NCBI RefSeq assembly: GCF_006345805.1
Contig: NC_042997.1
Span: forward strand, 159,898,001 to 159,962,000
Length of the DNA stretch: 64,000 nucleotides
Source: Octopus sinensis
Lineage: Eukaryota
Direction of reading: 5' to 3'
Shown here: positions 13,293-27,817 of the stretch, in pieces
Position numbering within the stretch: position 1 is the first letter of the stretch
Layout: each line of letters opens with the position of its first letter
Made by a program: the position numbers and the translations under genes
Notes under the pieces: generated by a model
The model's database searches: none
The model's input: the letters and a program-made list of their open reading frames with translations, nothing else
What the model was told of the DNA's origin: nothing

Positions 13293-16200
13293 CAGTAGTT
13301 TTATTTTTATAGCGTGCTTTCACTTCACTACCGAGCGCAGCTCTGTGTGCCTTGGGTATGTGCTGTGATTTGTTGTGATGCTCTGATGGTCATTGTATGG
13401 AAAGTGTTCTGCGTAGGATGTGTGCAGTGCCTAGTAGTGCAATTTTCTGTATGATATATGTGTTTGTAAGTCCTGGTGTTTTTGTTATGTATTTGTCTGA
13501 ATATTTTTTTATCATGCCTAATGCACCTACTTTGATAGGAATTGTTTCTGTTTTCAGATTCCACATTCTAGTTACCTCTATTTCTAGGTCTTTGTATTTT
13601 GAGAGTTTCTCCATTTCTTTTAGAGACACGTTGTCATCTGCCGGTATTGATACATCAATTAGAAAGCATTTTTTTTCTTCATGATCTCTGACAACTATAT
13701 CTGGTCTGTTGGCCTTAATTTCCCTATCTGTGTGTATCGGCATATCCCAGAGTATTGTTGCTTTCTCGTTTTCTGTAACCTTTTCTGGTGTGTGCCTATA
13801 CCATCTTTTTTCTGTTGTTATTCCATAATGTTGGCATAGCTTCCAGTGTATGTAGGTTCCAACTCTGTCATGTCTGTGAATATATTCCTTCTTAGCCAGG
13901 ACTGGGCCTCTAGAGATAATATGATTTATTGTTTCTTGTCCATCTCCACATATTCTGCAGTTACTTGTAATATTTCTTTTCATTACATGTTTTTGGTAAT
14001 TTCTGGTGGGGAGGCTTTGGTCTTGTGCTGCAATTAAAAATCCCTCTGTTTCTGCTTTGAGCCCTGAGCTTCTCAACCATTGCTGGGATCTTTCTTTGTC
14101 TATTTCTTTTGCGTTTAGTTTAGTGCAGTATTTACCATGAAGGGGCTTTTCTTGCCATCGTTTTATCATGGTTCGTTGCTGTTCTATTTTTAGTTTGGAT
14201 TTCATTTGTTTTATAGCTTTTGTCGTTTCTTCATCATCTTCTTCTTCTTCTTCTTCTTCGTGTTTATTAGGTGGTATGATTTCTTGTTTGTATTTGTCAG
14301 CTTCCTTAAATACTGAGAACAGTTTTTTGTTTTGCTCGTGTTTTGCTGCTATCTGGATCAGTTTTTCTTCCTTCTGAAGTAGGTATTTTTGCAGTCCTAT
14401 GGTGGTTATTTTATAGTAGTTTTCCAGCTGTATAAGGCCTCTACCACCTTCTATACGTTGTATATATAGTCTTTCTATGTCAGATTTTGGGTGATGCATC
14501 CTAGATCCTGTCAGTAATTTTCTTGTTTTCCTATCTATTTTGGACAGTTCATTTCGTGTCCAGTTAAGGATATTGTAGCTGTAACTTATAACTGGGACAG
14601 CTAAAGTGTTTATACCTATTATCTTGTTTTTAGCATTGAGCTCTGTTTTTAGTATTGATCTAACTCGTCTATAATATTCTTTTGAATATGGATTCCTAAG
14701 TATTTGTAAGTTTGGCTTTGGTCTAATTCTTTTATTTCATTGGTTTTATCTAGTGTGATGTTGTTACTTTTAACTAGTTTTCCTCTTTTCATGGTTACTT
14801 TGGCGCATTTTTCTAATCCAAATTTCATATCTATTTCTTTGGTAAATCCATGAACTGTCTTTAAAAGTGTTTCCAGCTGTTTGTCATTTGCAGCGTATAG
14901 TTTTATGTCATCCATATATAAAAGGTGGCTGATCGTTTTGCCGTAACATTTATATCCGCATCCAGTTCTATTTAGCATATCAGATAGAGGTGACAGTGCC
15001 AAGCAGAAAAGGAGTGGAGAGAGCATGTCTCCCTGGAATATTCCTCTTCTGATGGGGATGTCTTTGGTTTTCATGAGTCCCTCTTTTGTTTGGAGATGTA
15101 GGACTGTTTGTCATTTATTCATAGAGTGCTCTGTGAATTTTATGATTGTTGGTGCTACTTTGTTAATGGCTAGTGTTTCAAGGATCCATGTGTGGGGGAT
15201 GCTATCAAACGCCTTTTTGTAGTCAATCCAGGCCATACTGAGGCCTTTCTTCTTTCTGTGGCTGTCTTCAGTTACGGATTTATTAATGATTAGTTGATCT
15301 TTACAGCCATATGAGCCTTTGCGGCATCCTTTCTGCTCTTCTGGGAACAGTTTGTTTTCGTCCAGGTGCTTGTTCAGCCTTTCCGATATCACTGCAGTAA
15401 ATGCCTTGAACATAGTAGGGAGGCAGGTTATTGGTCTGTAGTTTTCTGGTTTTGCTGTTTCATTTGATTTGGGAATTAAGATGGTTTTCCCCTTCGTGAG
15501 CCATTCAGGCATTTTCTCTGGCTCTGCTAGTATGCTGTTAAAGTTTTCAGCCTGCTTTTTGTGCATTCCTGTTAGATATTTCAACCAGAAGTTGGGGATC
15601 TTGTCATGCCCAGGTGCCTTCCAGTTGCTTAGTTTTTGCAGTGCCTGGGTGACCTCTTCAGTTGTTATGGGGGTCCAAAGTTGTTCAGATGCCGAGTTTG
15701 TTATTTTGATACTCCTTTTTTTTGGCTGTTCGTTCGCCGACCATATTTCTCTCCAGAATTCTTCCAATTCTTCTGCCGTTGGTGCTGCAGTGAATTCTAT
15801 TTTATTTTTTCCCAGATCTTGGTAGAACTTTTTGGGGTTGGTGTTGAACTTTTTGTTCTGTTCAAAGAAGCGTTGGCGTTTCTCGTACCGGCGGATCCTT
15901 TGAGCTTTGGCAAGGATATCTTGCTTCAGCTTTTCTTTTATCTCCGGCAAATCTTTTTCTGTGATGTTATATTTGCGGAGCATTTCTGTTCTCTTTTTGT
16001 TGCTCAGTAGCGTTGATTCTTTGCTGATTTCATTAAGAATCGACAGGTCTTTTCTAATTTTTAAAATTTTGTTTTGGATGTTATTTATCCACAGGGTTTG
16101 TTTGGGTGGTGGTACTCCTGTTTGGGCGGGTTTGGGTGAGTATCCAGCTTCTTTTGTGGCTGCAGTGGCTGATGCGTATATCAAGTTATTTAGTTCAGTG

Positions 16201-17221
16201 ATATCACTTTTTTTTGTTTCAGTGGCTAGTTCAGTGACGGCTAGGTTTATGCTGTTTATAATTGGTGTTGTTATTTCGTTTATTTTTATTCTTGGGAGGT
16301 ATGGTCGGTGGTCCATTTTGGGCTCTGTGGTTTTCAGTTCTAAGATTATTTTATTTTTTATATTATCATAATCATTAGGCTCCCCTTCGTTGTTTACATC
16401 GTGTTTGTTGGGAATGTTGCGTTTGTCTTCGTGTTTTATAGTTTCAGTGTTTATATTATTGGGCATTGTTGTGTGGCTTCTATCTACATTTTCCTGGTGT
16501 ATTTTTTCTTTTAGGATGTTCTATTTCTATTTCTGATATTTTTTTGTGTTGAGAATGCATCTTCGTACGTTAGCTAATTTATTAGGGTTCATTGCTGTAT
16601 CCAAGTCTATATCTCTATTATTTTCCTTCCATATTTTATATGTATGTGTTGTTGTATTTTCATTTTTGGGGTAGAGTACTGCTGTGTAGTATGCGTGTAA
16701 GATAGAAATGTATTCCTCACGTGTCCATTTACGTCTTTTGGGTTTTATTTGCGGGACATGAGGTACAACGTCCGGCCCATTATTTTGACGGTCGTCATTT
16801 TCGTAGGGTACCGGTCCGTTTATTTCTGTTGTCACATTATTTCGCACGTGTAGTTTTTCGTACATTTTTTGTTGTAGGCTTAATGTACGTACCGCTCGAT
16901 TGTTATTCTTGGGTTGAATAGTATCGGTGGCATTTAATTTCTTCGTAGTTCCTTTGTACATGGTGTTTGAGGTTGGGGATGATCGTGATGTTCCACGCAT
17001 GTTTATATGTTTTGCGTTAGAGGTGGAGATAATATCGAGTCAAAATACATCATTTCGTTTCGAAAATAGTATTAAATTTCAATTAGTATTACTTACTCGG
17101 ATACAGTCCAATTCTTTGTTAGCAAAACTTTGGCTCCATAGGATGTCCTTGTTTTCGATGTTTGTGGATAGATTTCGGAGCTCTGAATTTTCCTTCTTAC
17201 ACCTTAAACGTCCCCCGGTGT
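13293..17221 (-). mobile_element. R4/Dong-like LINE family A, apparently full length (~3.9 kb), frameshifted
   Basis: ORFs 15111..16466, 14649..15074 and 13390..14499 together cover the N-terminus, RT and REL. The 5' end acaccgggggacgtttaag is shared with 33013. Confidence 0.93.
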
Positions 17222-17226
17222 AATCC

Positions 17227-17293
<67 letters not shown>

Positions 17294-17325
17294 CATTATT
17301 ATTATCATCATCATTATTATTATTA

Positions 17326-17494
17326 CTCTTTACTCTTTTACTTGTTTCAGTCATTTTAATCGAGCAATTCGACCCTGGGACTTATTCTTTTGTAAGCCCA
17401 GTAATTATTCTATCGGTCTCTTTTGACATAAACACACCAGCATCGGTTGTCAAGCAATGCTAGGGGGGCAAACACCGACATACAAGCACACACA

Positions 17495-17533
<39 letters not shown>

Positions 17534-17677
17534 GACGGGCTTCTTTCAGTTTCCGTTTACCAAATCCACTCACAAGGCTTTGGTCGGCCCGAGGCTATAG
17601 TAGAAGACGCTTGCCCTATAGTAGAAGACGCTTGGGACTGTGTGGTAAGCTACTTACCACACAGCCACTCCTGCGCC

Positions 17678-17680
<3 letters not shown>
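17326..17680 (-). mobile_element. tRNA-derived SINE (type 1)
   Basis: Head ggcgcaggagtggctgtgtggtaag (partly deleted); tail ...actgaaacaagtaaaagagtaaagag. Homologous to 37085-37607 and 57175-57522. Confidence 0.85.
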
Positions 17681-17743
<63 letters not shown>

Positions 17744-17744
17744 T

Positions 17745-19800
17745 CAAACAATTCTCGTATTTTTCTGTCAAAATTACATATTTCAGTAACTGACCAGTTA
17801 ATGATTTGAAACTGTAAGTCACGACCGGTATGGCTAAAGTATTGATCGCTTCGATCCTGTTTCTTCTATTCAGTTCTGTCTTGAGTATTGTCTTTACCTT
17901 GCGATAACATTCTCTTCTGATCCTTTTCTGCATTATTCAATGCAGGAAACACAGCTGTTTACATCCTTTTTGCTCATTAGGGAATATCCCACTTTAAAAG
18001 ACTCTAGGTATATTCAGTCAAGGCATGTTGTTATTTTATACATTGTTGTTAAGCAGGTGATGGGTCTATAATTGTTTGGTTTATTTCATTCGTGATTTTT
18101 TGGAAGGAAGGAATCATACTAGGCTGTTTCAAAACATTGTTGTAAAGCTTTCTTAGCAGTTCGTAGCTCTCTGGGAATGCACTCAACAAGAAATTAGGAA
18201 TTTTATCCTTTCCTGGAGACTTACATTAGCTTAACTTTCTGAGAGCAGATCTTACATTCTCCATCTTGACACCCTCCCACTTTTGCTCTTCTAAGGAATC
18301 TAAGTTTGTACATATTCTATCAATCCAAGGGGACTTTCATTGTGTGTTATTCCTCTGCCCAAATTTTATTCCAAAATTCCTGTACTTCTTTTGGTGGGAC
18401 AGACTTCACTGTAACTGGTACTTTCCCTATCTTCCTTAAAACTGCTTTGGGTTATTTCTAAACATGTTGTTGTCCTAGAAGAATCTAACGCGCTTTTCAT
18501 ACCTTGCTATACGGCAGCTTTAGCACATACCTTTTGCTTGATAGTTTCTATGGTGGTATCGATGTCAAGTATGCTTTTCATATTATGTTCTTTCTTTTTA
18601 AGTTTCGGATTTGATAGTCTTGTCAAACTTAAGATTTTTAAACATTCTATGTCACACCTAAGCAGCTGATTTTGGTGCTGAATACGCTCTTGCCAAGTAG
18701 GCGTTTTGGGGGTCGTTGTCATTTTCTAATCTTTTCACCACAGATCTGTAATATCAACATGATTAGCTGAAATTATATCCTTAAGTGCAACGCGGATTTT
18801 AGAATTCCTTTCAGGTTTTGGTTAGAATTGCGAATTTTTGGGAGGGTGTCACGTTCATTTATACTGGTTCCTTAATTTTCAGCGATTCAATCATGATTTG
18901 ATATTTTATATCATATAGTTCCGTTGGGTTAATTTCTGCGTGACTTTCTTATCTATTTGATTTTCATGTCTTAGTGTTTATGACTGGTTCCGGGATTATT
19001 TCACTTTGCTTATCAGTTACATTAACTCTTTCAATCATTACTGCATTTTTATCAAACCTGGGCTGGTCTATAATTATTTCCTCTGTAGTATCTTCTTTAG
19101 ATACAGCTTCGTTCTTTTTATCCTTTACTGATTGTTTAATTTGTTCAATCTCTAATTCAGTTAGTAATTTCTTTTTCATAATGTTTCTTCTAACGTTGGC
19201 AAATTTGTTACTATCTATGCAGGGTCTTACTTCTAGCTGCTTCCGTCTCCATCTTAGGTAAGTTTGTTTACTGTTAGATCTATTTACATGAGAGAAGGCC
19301 TTAGGAATTCTTTATTATCTCCCCTAGACCATTTTCATTCTTTTTCTTTTGGTTATTTGATGACGAGTATGGCTGGCTATCTGTTGGAATATTCCGGTCG
19401 TGGGATACTTCCAGCTCCTGTGTTTCGGGAAGATTTGAACCAGTAGCTGATTTTTCGTATCCGATCTGGGTCCACACTGAGGAACGCGGCCCTTGATGAA
19501 AGGTGTAAAGAATGACCCGGTCTGTATTTTGCTTTGTTATCATTGAGGCATGACGAGCCTGGACGTTGACATTAGGGGACAGATATGTCTGTTTAGGATT
19601 AATTTTTTGATCCAACACCGCCTCCGAGTACTTTGAATGAAAACATTGCTCGTAACGTAGCGTCTTAGGGTTCGAAGATCTGTATTTGTTATTATTATTA
19701 TTTTTAAAGTTGATAGATTTATCTCCGGGCATAGTTTTTTTGTGGTGTTTTTAAACTTATGTATTGTTTACTCTGTCTGAGTTAGATTGAAAAAAAAAAA
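17745..19800 (-). mobile_element. Family B LINE 5' part with internal deletion of the RT core
   Basis: 5' end matches 2815-2900 (aaaacaccacaaaaaa...ccggagataaatctatcaac). SPGKDKIP is joined to KTILKTELN..AINTLAIPVVTYSF. Confidence 0.75.
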
Positions 19801-19808
19801 AAAAATTA

Positions 19809-20197
19809 TTGGCAATCCTTCGGTTTAACTCGACAAAGCAATGACGAGACCTCGGTTGTTTCCGTGAAAACTCGACAATTTACTTCGGATATCTTCGTAA
19901 CCTCCGTTACAGCTACTAAAAGGAGAGGAGGAGAAGAAAGCTAATGCGTTGTATATGCATGCTTGTTCTTGTCTGTGTGACTGTGTGTGTGTGCTTGTTC
20001 TTATCTCTGTGCGTGTGTGCGCGCTTGTTCTTGTCTGTGCTTGTGTGTGTGTGTGTGTGCGTGCTTGTTTTTCGCTATATCTATATTCCACAACATAAAA
20101 ACAGAACACGCACACACACACAGACACACAGATGCACACACACACACAGACAAGAACAAGCACGCACATGCACATACACAGAGAAGAACAAGCATGC

Positions 20198-20234
<37 letters not shown>

Positions 20235-20398
20235 GAGACAAGAACAAGCACGAATACACAACCCATTAGCTTTCTTCTCTTCCATTTTAGTAGCGGTCAG
20301 AGAGGTCACGAAGATATCCGAAGGGAGTTGTCCGAGTTGTCACGGAAACAACCGAGGTCTTGTTATCGTTTTGTCGAGTTAAACCGAAGGATTGCCAA
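19809..20398. mobile_element. Fold-back MITE-like element
   Basis: ~135-bp imperfect TIRs (ttggcaatccttcggtttaactcgac...) at 19809-19946 and 20264-20398. Internal tgcttgttcttgtctgtg subrepeats are also inverted. Possible ATTA TSD. Confidence 0.8.
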
Positions 20399-20469
20399 AT
20401 TATTTTATTCTGTTTCATTTGTGACACGCGTTTCCTTTGCGTGTATGTGTTGTTATTATTATTATTATT

Positions 20470-22623
20470 CAGTAGTTTTATTTTTATAGCGTGCTTTCAC
20501 TTCACTACCGAGCGCAGCTCTGTGTGCCCTGGGTATGTGCTGTGATTTGTTGTGATGCTCTGATGGTTATTGTATGGAAAGTGTTCTGCGTAGGATGTGT
20601 GCAGTGCCTAGTAGTGCAATTTTCTGTATGTTATATGTGTTTGTAAGTCCTGGTGTTTTTGTTATGTATTTGTCTGAATATTTTTTTATCATGCCTAATG
20701 CACCTACTATGATAGGAATTGTTTCTGTTTTCAGGTTCCACATTCTAGTTATCTCTATTTCCAGGTCTTTGTATTCTGAGAGTTTCTCCATTTCTTTTAG
20801 AGACACGTTGTCATCAGCCGGTATTGATACATCAATTAGAAAGCATTTTTTTTCTTCATGATCTCTGACAACTGTATCTGGTCTGTTGGCCTTAATTTCT
20901 CTATCTGTGTGTATCGGCATATCCCAGAGTATGGTTGCTTTCTCGTTTTCTGTGACCTTTTCTGGTGTGTGCCTATACCATCTTTTTTCTGTTGTTATTC
21001 CATAATGTTGGCATAGCTTCCAATGTATGTAGGTTCCAACTCTGTCATGTCTGTGAATATATTCCTTCTTAGCCAGGACTGGGCAGCTAGAGATAATATG
21101 ATTTATTGTTTCTTGTCCATCTCCACATATTCTGCAGTTACATGTAATATTTCTTTTCATTACATGTTTTTGGTAATTTCTGGTGGGGAGGCTTTGGTCT
21201 TGTGCTGCAATTAAAAATCCCTCTGTTTCTGCTTAGAGTCCTGAGCTTCTCAACCATTGCTGGGATTTTTCTTTGTCTATTTCTTTTGCGTTTAGTTTAG
21301 TGCAGTATTTACCATGAAGGGGCTTTTCTTGCCATCGTTTTATCATGGCTCGTTGCTGTTCTATTTTTAGTTTGGATTTCATTTGTTTTATAGCTTTTGT
21401 TGTTTCTTCATCATCTTCTTCTTCTTCTTTGTGTTTATTAGGTGGTATGATTTCTTGTTTGTATTTGTCAGCTTCCTTAAATACTGAGAACAGTTTTTTG
21501 TTTTGCTCGTGTTTTGCTGCTATCTGGACCAGTTTTCCTTCCTTCTGAAGTAGGTATTTTTGCAGTCCTATGGTGGTTATTTTATAGTAGTTTTCCAGCT
21601 GTATAAGGCCTCTACCACCTTCTATACGTTGTATATATAGTCTTTCTATGTCAGATTTTGGGTGATGCATCCTAGATCCTGTCAGTATTTTTCTTGTTTT
21701 CCTATCTATTTTGGACAGTTCATTTCGTGTCCAGTTAAGGATATTGTAGCTGTAACTTATAACTGGGACAGCTAAAGTGTTTATACTTATTATCTTGTTT
21801 TTAGCATTGAGCTCTGTTTTTAGTATTGATCTAACTCGTCTATAATATTCTTTTTTTATTTTCTCTTTCATTTGTGTGTGTTGTGTCTTATCTAGTTCAT
21901 GGATTCCTAAGTATTTGTAAGTTTGGCTTTGGTCTAATTCTTTTATTTCATTGGTCTTATCTAGTGTGATGTTGCTTCTCTTAACTAGTTTTCCTCTTTT
22001 CATGGTTACTTTGGCGCATTTTTCTAATCCAAATTTCATATCTATTTCTTTGGTAAATCCATGAACTGTCTTTAAAAGTGTTTCCAGTTGTTTGTCATTT
22101 GCAGCGTATAGTTTTAGGTCATCCATATATAAAAGGTGGCTGATCGTTTTGCCGTAACATTTATATCGGCATCCAGTTCTATTTAGCATATCAGATAGAG
22201 GTGACAGTGCCAAGCAGAAAAGGAGTGGAGAGAGCGTGTCTCCCTGGAATATTCCTCTTTTAATGGGGATGTCTTTGGTTTTCATGAGTCCCTCTTTTGT
22301 TTGGAGCTGTAGCACTGTTTGCCATTTATTCATAGTGTCCTATGAATTTTATGATTGTTGCTGCGACTTTGTTAATTGCTAGTGTTTCGAGGATCCATGT
22401 GTGGGGGATGCTATCAAACGCCTTTTTGTAGTCGATCCAGGCCATACTGAGGCCTTTCTTCTTTCTGTGGCTGTCTTCAGTTATGGCTTTATTAATCATT
22501 AGTTGATCTTTACAGCCATATGAGCCTTTGCGGTATCCTTCCTGCTCTTCTGGGAACAGTTTGTTTTCGTCCAGGTGCTTGTTCAACCTTTGCGCTATCA
22601 CTGCAGTAAATACCTTGAACATT

Positions 22624-22663
<40 letters not shown>

Positions 22664-22854
22664 CATTATTATTATTATTTTAATTTTTATTATTGTTATT
22701 ATTATTATTATTGTTTTTATTATTATCATCATTATCATCATCATCATCATCATTATTATTATTATTTTTATTTTTATTATTGTTATTATTATTATTATTA
22801 TTATTGTTTTTATTATTATCATCATCATCATCATCGTCATCATCATCATTATTA

Positions 22855-22901
<47 letters not shown>

Positions 22902-25070
22902 TATTATTATTATAATTCAGTAGTTTTATTTTTATAGCGTGCTTTCACTTCACTACCGAGCACATCTCGGTGTGCCTTGGGTATGTGCTGTGATTTGTTG
23001 TGATGCTCTGATGGTTATTGTATGGAAAGTGTTCTGCGTAGGATGTGTGCAGTGCCTAGTAGTGCAATTTTCTGTATGTTATATGTGTTTGTAAGTCCTG
23101 GTGTTTTGTTATGTATTTGTCTGAATATTTTTTTATCATCCCTAATGCACCTACTATGATAGGAATTGTTTCTGTTTTCAGGTTCCACATTCTAGTTATC
23201 TCTATTTCCAGGTCTTTGTATTCTGAGAGTTTCTCCATTTCTTTTAGAGACACGTTGTCATCAGCCGGTATTGATACATCAATTAGAAAGCATTTTTTTT
23301 CTTCATGATCTCTGACAACTGTATCTGGTCTGTTGGCCTTAATTTCTCTATCTGTGTGTATCGGCATATCCCAGAGTATGGTTGCTTTCTCGTTTTCTGT
23401 GACCTTTTCTGGTGTGTGCCTATACCATCTTTTTTCTGTTGTTATTCCATAATGTTGGCATAGCTTCCAATGTATGTAGGTTCCAACTCTGTCATGTCTG
23501 TGAATATATTCCTTCTTAGCCAGGACTGGGCAGCTAGAGATAATATGATTTATTGTTTCTTGTCCATCTCCACATATTCTGCAGTTACATGTAATATTTC
23601 TTTTCATTACATGTTTTTGGTAATTTCTGGTGGGGAGGCTTTGGTCTTGTGCTGCAATTAAAAATCCCTCTGTTTCTGCTTAGAGTCCTGAGCTTCTCAA
23701 CCATTGCTGGGATTTTTCTTTGTCTATTTCTTTTGCGTTTAGTTTAGTGCAGTATTTACCATGAAGGGGCTTTTCTTGCCATCGTTTTATCATGGCTCGT
23801 TGCTGTTCTATTTTTAGTTTGGATTTCATTTGTTTTATAGCTTTTGTTGTTTCTTCATCATCTTCTTCTTCTTCTTTGTGTTTATTAGGTGGTATGATTT
23901 CTTGTTTGTATTTGTCAGCTTCCTTAAATACTGAGAACAGTTTTTTGTTTTGCTCGTGTTTTGCTGCTATCTGGACCAGTTTTCCTTCCTTCTGAAGTAG
24001 GTATTTTTGCAGTCCTATGGTGGTTATTTTATAGTAGTTTTCCAGCTGTATAAGGCCTCTACCACCTTCTATACGTTGTATATATAGTCTTTCTATGTCA
24101 GATTTTGGGTGATGCATCCTAGATCCTGTCAGTATTTTTCTTGTTTTCCTATCTATTTTGGACAGTTCATTTCGTGTCCAGTTAAGGATATTGTAGCTGT
24201 AACTTATAACTGGGACAGCTAAAGTGTTTATACTTATTATCTTGTTTTTAGCATTGAGCTCTGTTTTTAGTATTGATCTAACTCGTCTATAATATTCTTT
24301 TTTTATTTTCTCTTTCATTTGTGTGTGTTGTGTCTTATCTAGTTCATGGATTCCTAAGTATTTGTAAGTTTGGCTTTGGTCTAATTCTTTTATTTCATTG
24401 GTCTTATCTAGTGTGATGTTGCTTCTCTTAACTAGTTTTCCTCTTTTCATGGTTACTTTGGCGCATTTTTCTAATCCAAATTTCATATCTATTTCTTTGG
24501 TAAATCCATGAACTGTCTTTAAAAGTGTTTCCAGTTGTTTGTCATTTGCAGCGTATAGTTTTAGGTCATCCATATATAAAAGGTGGCTGATCGTTTTGCC
24601 GTAACATTTATATCGGCATCCAGTTCTATTTAGCATATCAGATAGAGGTGACAGTGCCAAGCAGAAAAGGAGTGGAGAGAGCGTGTCTCCCTGGAATATT
24701 CCTCTTTTAATGGGGATGTCTTTGGTTTTCATGAGTCCCTCTTTTGTTTGGAGCTGTAGCACTGTTTGCCATTTATTCATAGTGTCCTATGAATTTTATG
24801 ATTGTTGCTGCGACTTTGTTAATTGCTAGTGTTTCGAGGATCCATGTGTGGGGGATGCTATCAAACGCCTTTTTGTAGTCGATCCAGGCCATACTGAGGC
24901 CTTTCTTCTTTCTGTGGCTGTCTTCAGTTATGGCTTTATTAATCATTAGTTGATCTTTACAGCCATATGAGCCTTTGCGGTATCCTTCCTGCTCTTCTGG
25001 GAACAGTTTGTTTTCGTCCAGGTGCTTGTTCAACCTTTGCGCTATCACTGCAGTAAATACCTTGAACATT

Positions 25071-25110
<40 letters not shown>

Positions 25111-25214
25111 CATTATTATTATTATTTTAATTTTTATTATTGTTATTATTATTATTGTTTTTATTATTATCATCATTATCATCATCATCATCATCATCAT
25201 TATTATTATTATTA

Positions 25215-25248
<34 letters not shown>

Positions 25249-25315
25249 GTTTTTATTATTATCATCATCATCATCATCGTCATCATCATCATTATTATTA
25301 TTATTATTATTATTA

Positions 25316-25358
<43 letters not shown>

Positions 25359-27514
25359 ATTCAGTAGTTTTATTTTTATAGCGTGCTTTCACTTCACTAC
25401 CGAGCACATCTCGGTGTGCCTTGGGTATGTGCTGTGATTTGTTGTGATGCTCTGATGGTTATTGTATGGAAAGTGTTCTGCGTAGGATGTGTGCAGTGCC
25501 TAGTAGTGCAATTTTCTGTATGTTATATGTGTTTGTAAGTCCTGGTGTTTTGTTATGTATTTGTCTGAATATTTTTTTATCATCCCTAATGCACCTACTA
25601 TGATAGGAATTGTTTCTGTTTTCAGATTCCACATTCTAGTTACCTCTATTTCCAGGTCTTTGTATTTTGAGAGTTTCTCCATTTCTTTTCGAGACACGTT
25701 GTCATCAGCCGGTATTGATACATCAATTAGAAAGCATTTTTTTTCTTCATGATCTCTGACAACTATATCTGGTCTGTTGGCCTTAATTTCTCTATCTGTG
25801 TGTATCGGCATATCCCAGAGTATGGTTGCTTTCTCGTTTTCTGTGACCTTTTCTGGTGTCTGCCTATACCATCTTTTTTCTGTTGTTATTCCATAATGTT
25901 GGCATAGCTTCCAATGTATGTAGGTTCCAACTCTGTCATGTCTGTGAATATATTCCTTCTTAGCCAGGACTGGGCAGCTAGAGATAATATGATTTATTGT
26001 TTCTTGTCCATCTCCACATATTCTGCAGTTACATGTAATATTTCTTTTCATTACATGTCTTTGGTAATTTCTGGTGGGGAGGCTTTGGTCTTGTGCTGCA
26101 ATTAAAAATCCCTCTGTTTCTGCTTAGAGTCCTGAGCTTCTCAACCATTGCTGGGATTTTTCTTTGTCTATTTCTTTTGCGTTTAGTTTAGTCCAGTATT
26201 TACCATGAAGGGGCTTTTCTTGCCATCGTTTTATCATGGCTCGTTGCTGTTCTATTTTTAGTTTGGATTTCATTTGTTTTATAGCTTTTGTTGTTTCTTC
26301 ATCATCTTCTTCTTCTTCTTTGTGTTTATTAGGTGGTATGATTTCTTGTTTGTATTTGTCAGCTTCCTTAAATACTGAGAACAGTTTTTTGTTTTGCTCG
26401 TGTTTTGCTGCTATCTGGACCAGTTTTCCTTCCTTCTGAAGTAGGTATTTTTGCAGTCCTATGGTGGTTATTTTATAGTAGTTTTCCAGCTGTATAAGGC
26501 CTCTACCACCTTCTATACGTTGTATATATAGTCTTTCTATGTCAGATTTTGGGTGATGCATCCTAGATCCTGTCAGTATTTTTCTTGTTTTCCTATCTAT
26601 TTTGGTCAGTTCATTTCGTGTCCAGTTAAGGATATTGTAGCTGTAACTTATAACTGGGACAGCTAAAGTGTTTATACTTATTATCTTGTTTTTAGCATTG
26701 AGCTCTGTTTTTAGTATTGATCTAACTCGTCTATAATATTCTTTTTTTATTTTCTCTTTCATTTGTGTGTGTTGTGTCTTATCTAGTTCATGGATTCCTA
26801 AGTATTTGTAAGTTTGGCTTTGGTCTAATTCTTTTATTTCATTGGTCTTATCTAGTGTGATGTTGCTTCTCTTAACTAGTTTTCCTCTTTTCATGGTTAC
26901 TTTGGCGCATTTTTCTAATCCAAATTTCATATCTATTTCTTTGGTAAATCCATGAACTGTCTTTAAAAGTGTTTCCAGTTGTTTGTCATTTGCAGCGTAT
27001 AGTTTTAGGTCATCCATATATAAAAGGTGGCTGATCGTTTTGCCGTAACATTTATATCGGCATCCAGTTCTATTTAGCATATCAGATAGAGGTGACAGTG
27101 CCAAGCAGAAAAGGAGTGGAGAGAGCGTGTCTCCCTGGAATATTCCTCTTTTAATGGGGATGTCTTTGGTTTTCATGAGTCCCTCTTTTGTTTGGAGCTG
27201 TAGCACTGTTTGCCATTTATTCATAGTGTCCTATGAATTTTATGATTGTTGCTGCGACTTTGTTAATTGCTAGTGTTTCGAGGATCCATGTGTGGGGGAT
27301 GCTATCAAACGCCTTTTTGTAGTCGATCCAGGCCATACTGAGGCCTTTCTTCTTTCTGTGGCTGTCTTCAGTTATGGCTTTATTAATCATTAGTTGATCT
27401 TTACAGCCATATGAGCCTTTGCGGTATCCTTCCTGCTCTTCTGGGAACAGTTTGTTTTCGTCCAGGTGCTTGTTCAACCTTTGCGCTATCACTGCAGTAA
27501 ATACCTTGAACATT

Positions 27515-27578
<64 letters not shown>

Positions 27579-27760
27579 CATTATTATTATTATTTTAATT
27601 TTTATTATTGTTATTATTATTATTATTGTTTTTATTATTATCATCATTATCATCATCATCATCATCATCATTATTATTATTAATTTTATTTTTATTATTG
27701 TTATTATTATTATTATTATTATTGTTTTTATTATTATCATCATCATCATTATCGTCATCA

Positions 27761-27817
<57 letters not shown>

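Larger units (their letters stand above)
1..17221. repeat. Left arm of giant inverted duplication (continues past window start)
   Basis: Base 1 (accaacccaaaac) is the reverse complement of 48071-48083. Mirror ORFs translate identically (3707..3997/44619..44909, 5106..5291/43325..43510, 5826..6107/42509..42790). Homology can be followed inward to the 5' ends of the family A LINEs. Confidence 0.93.
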
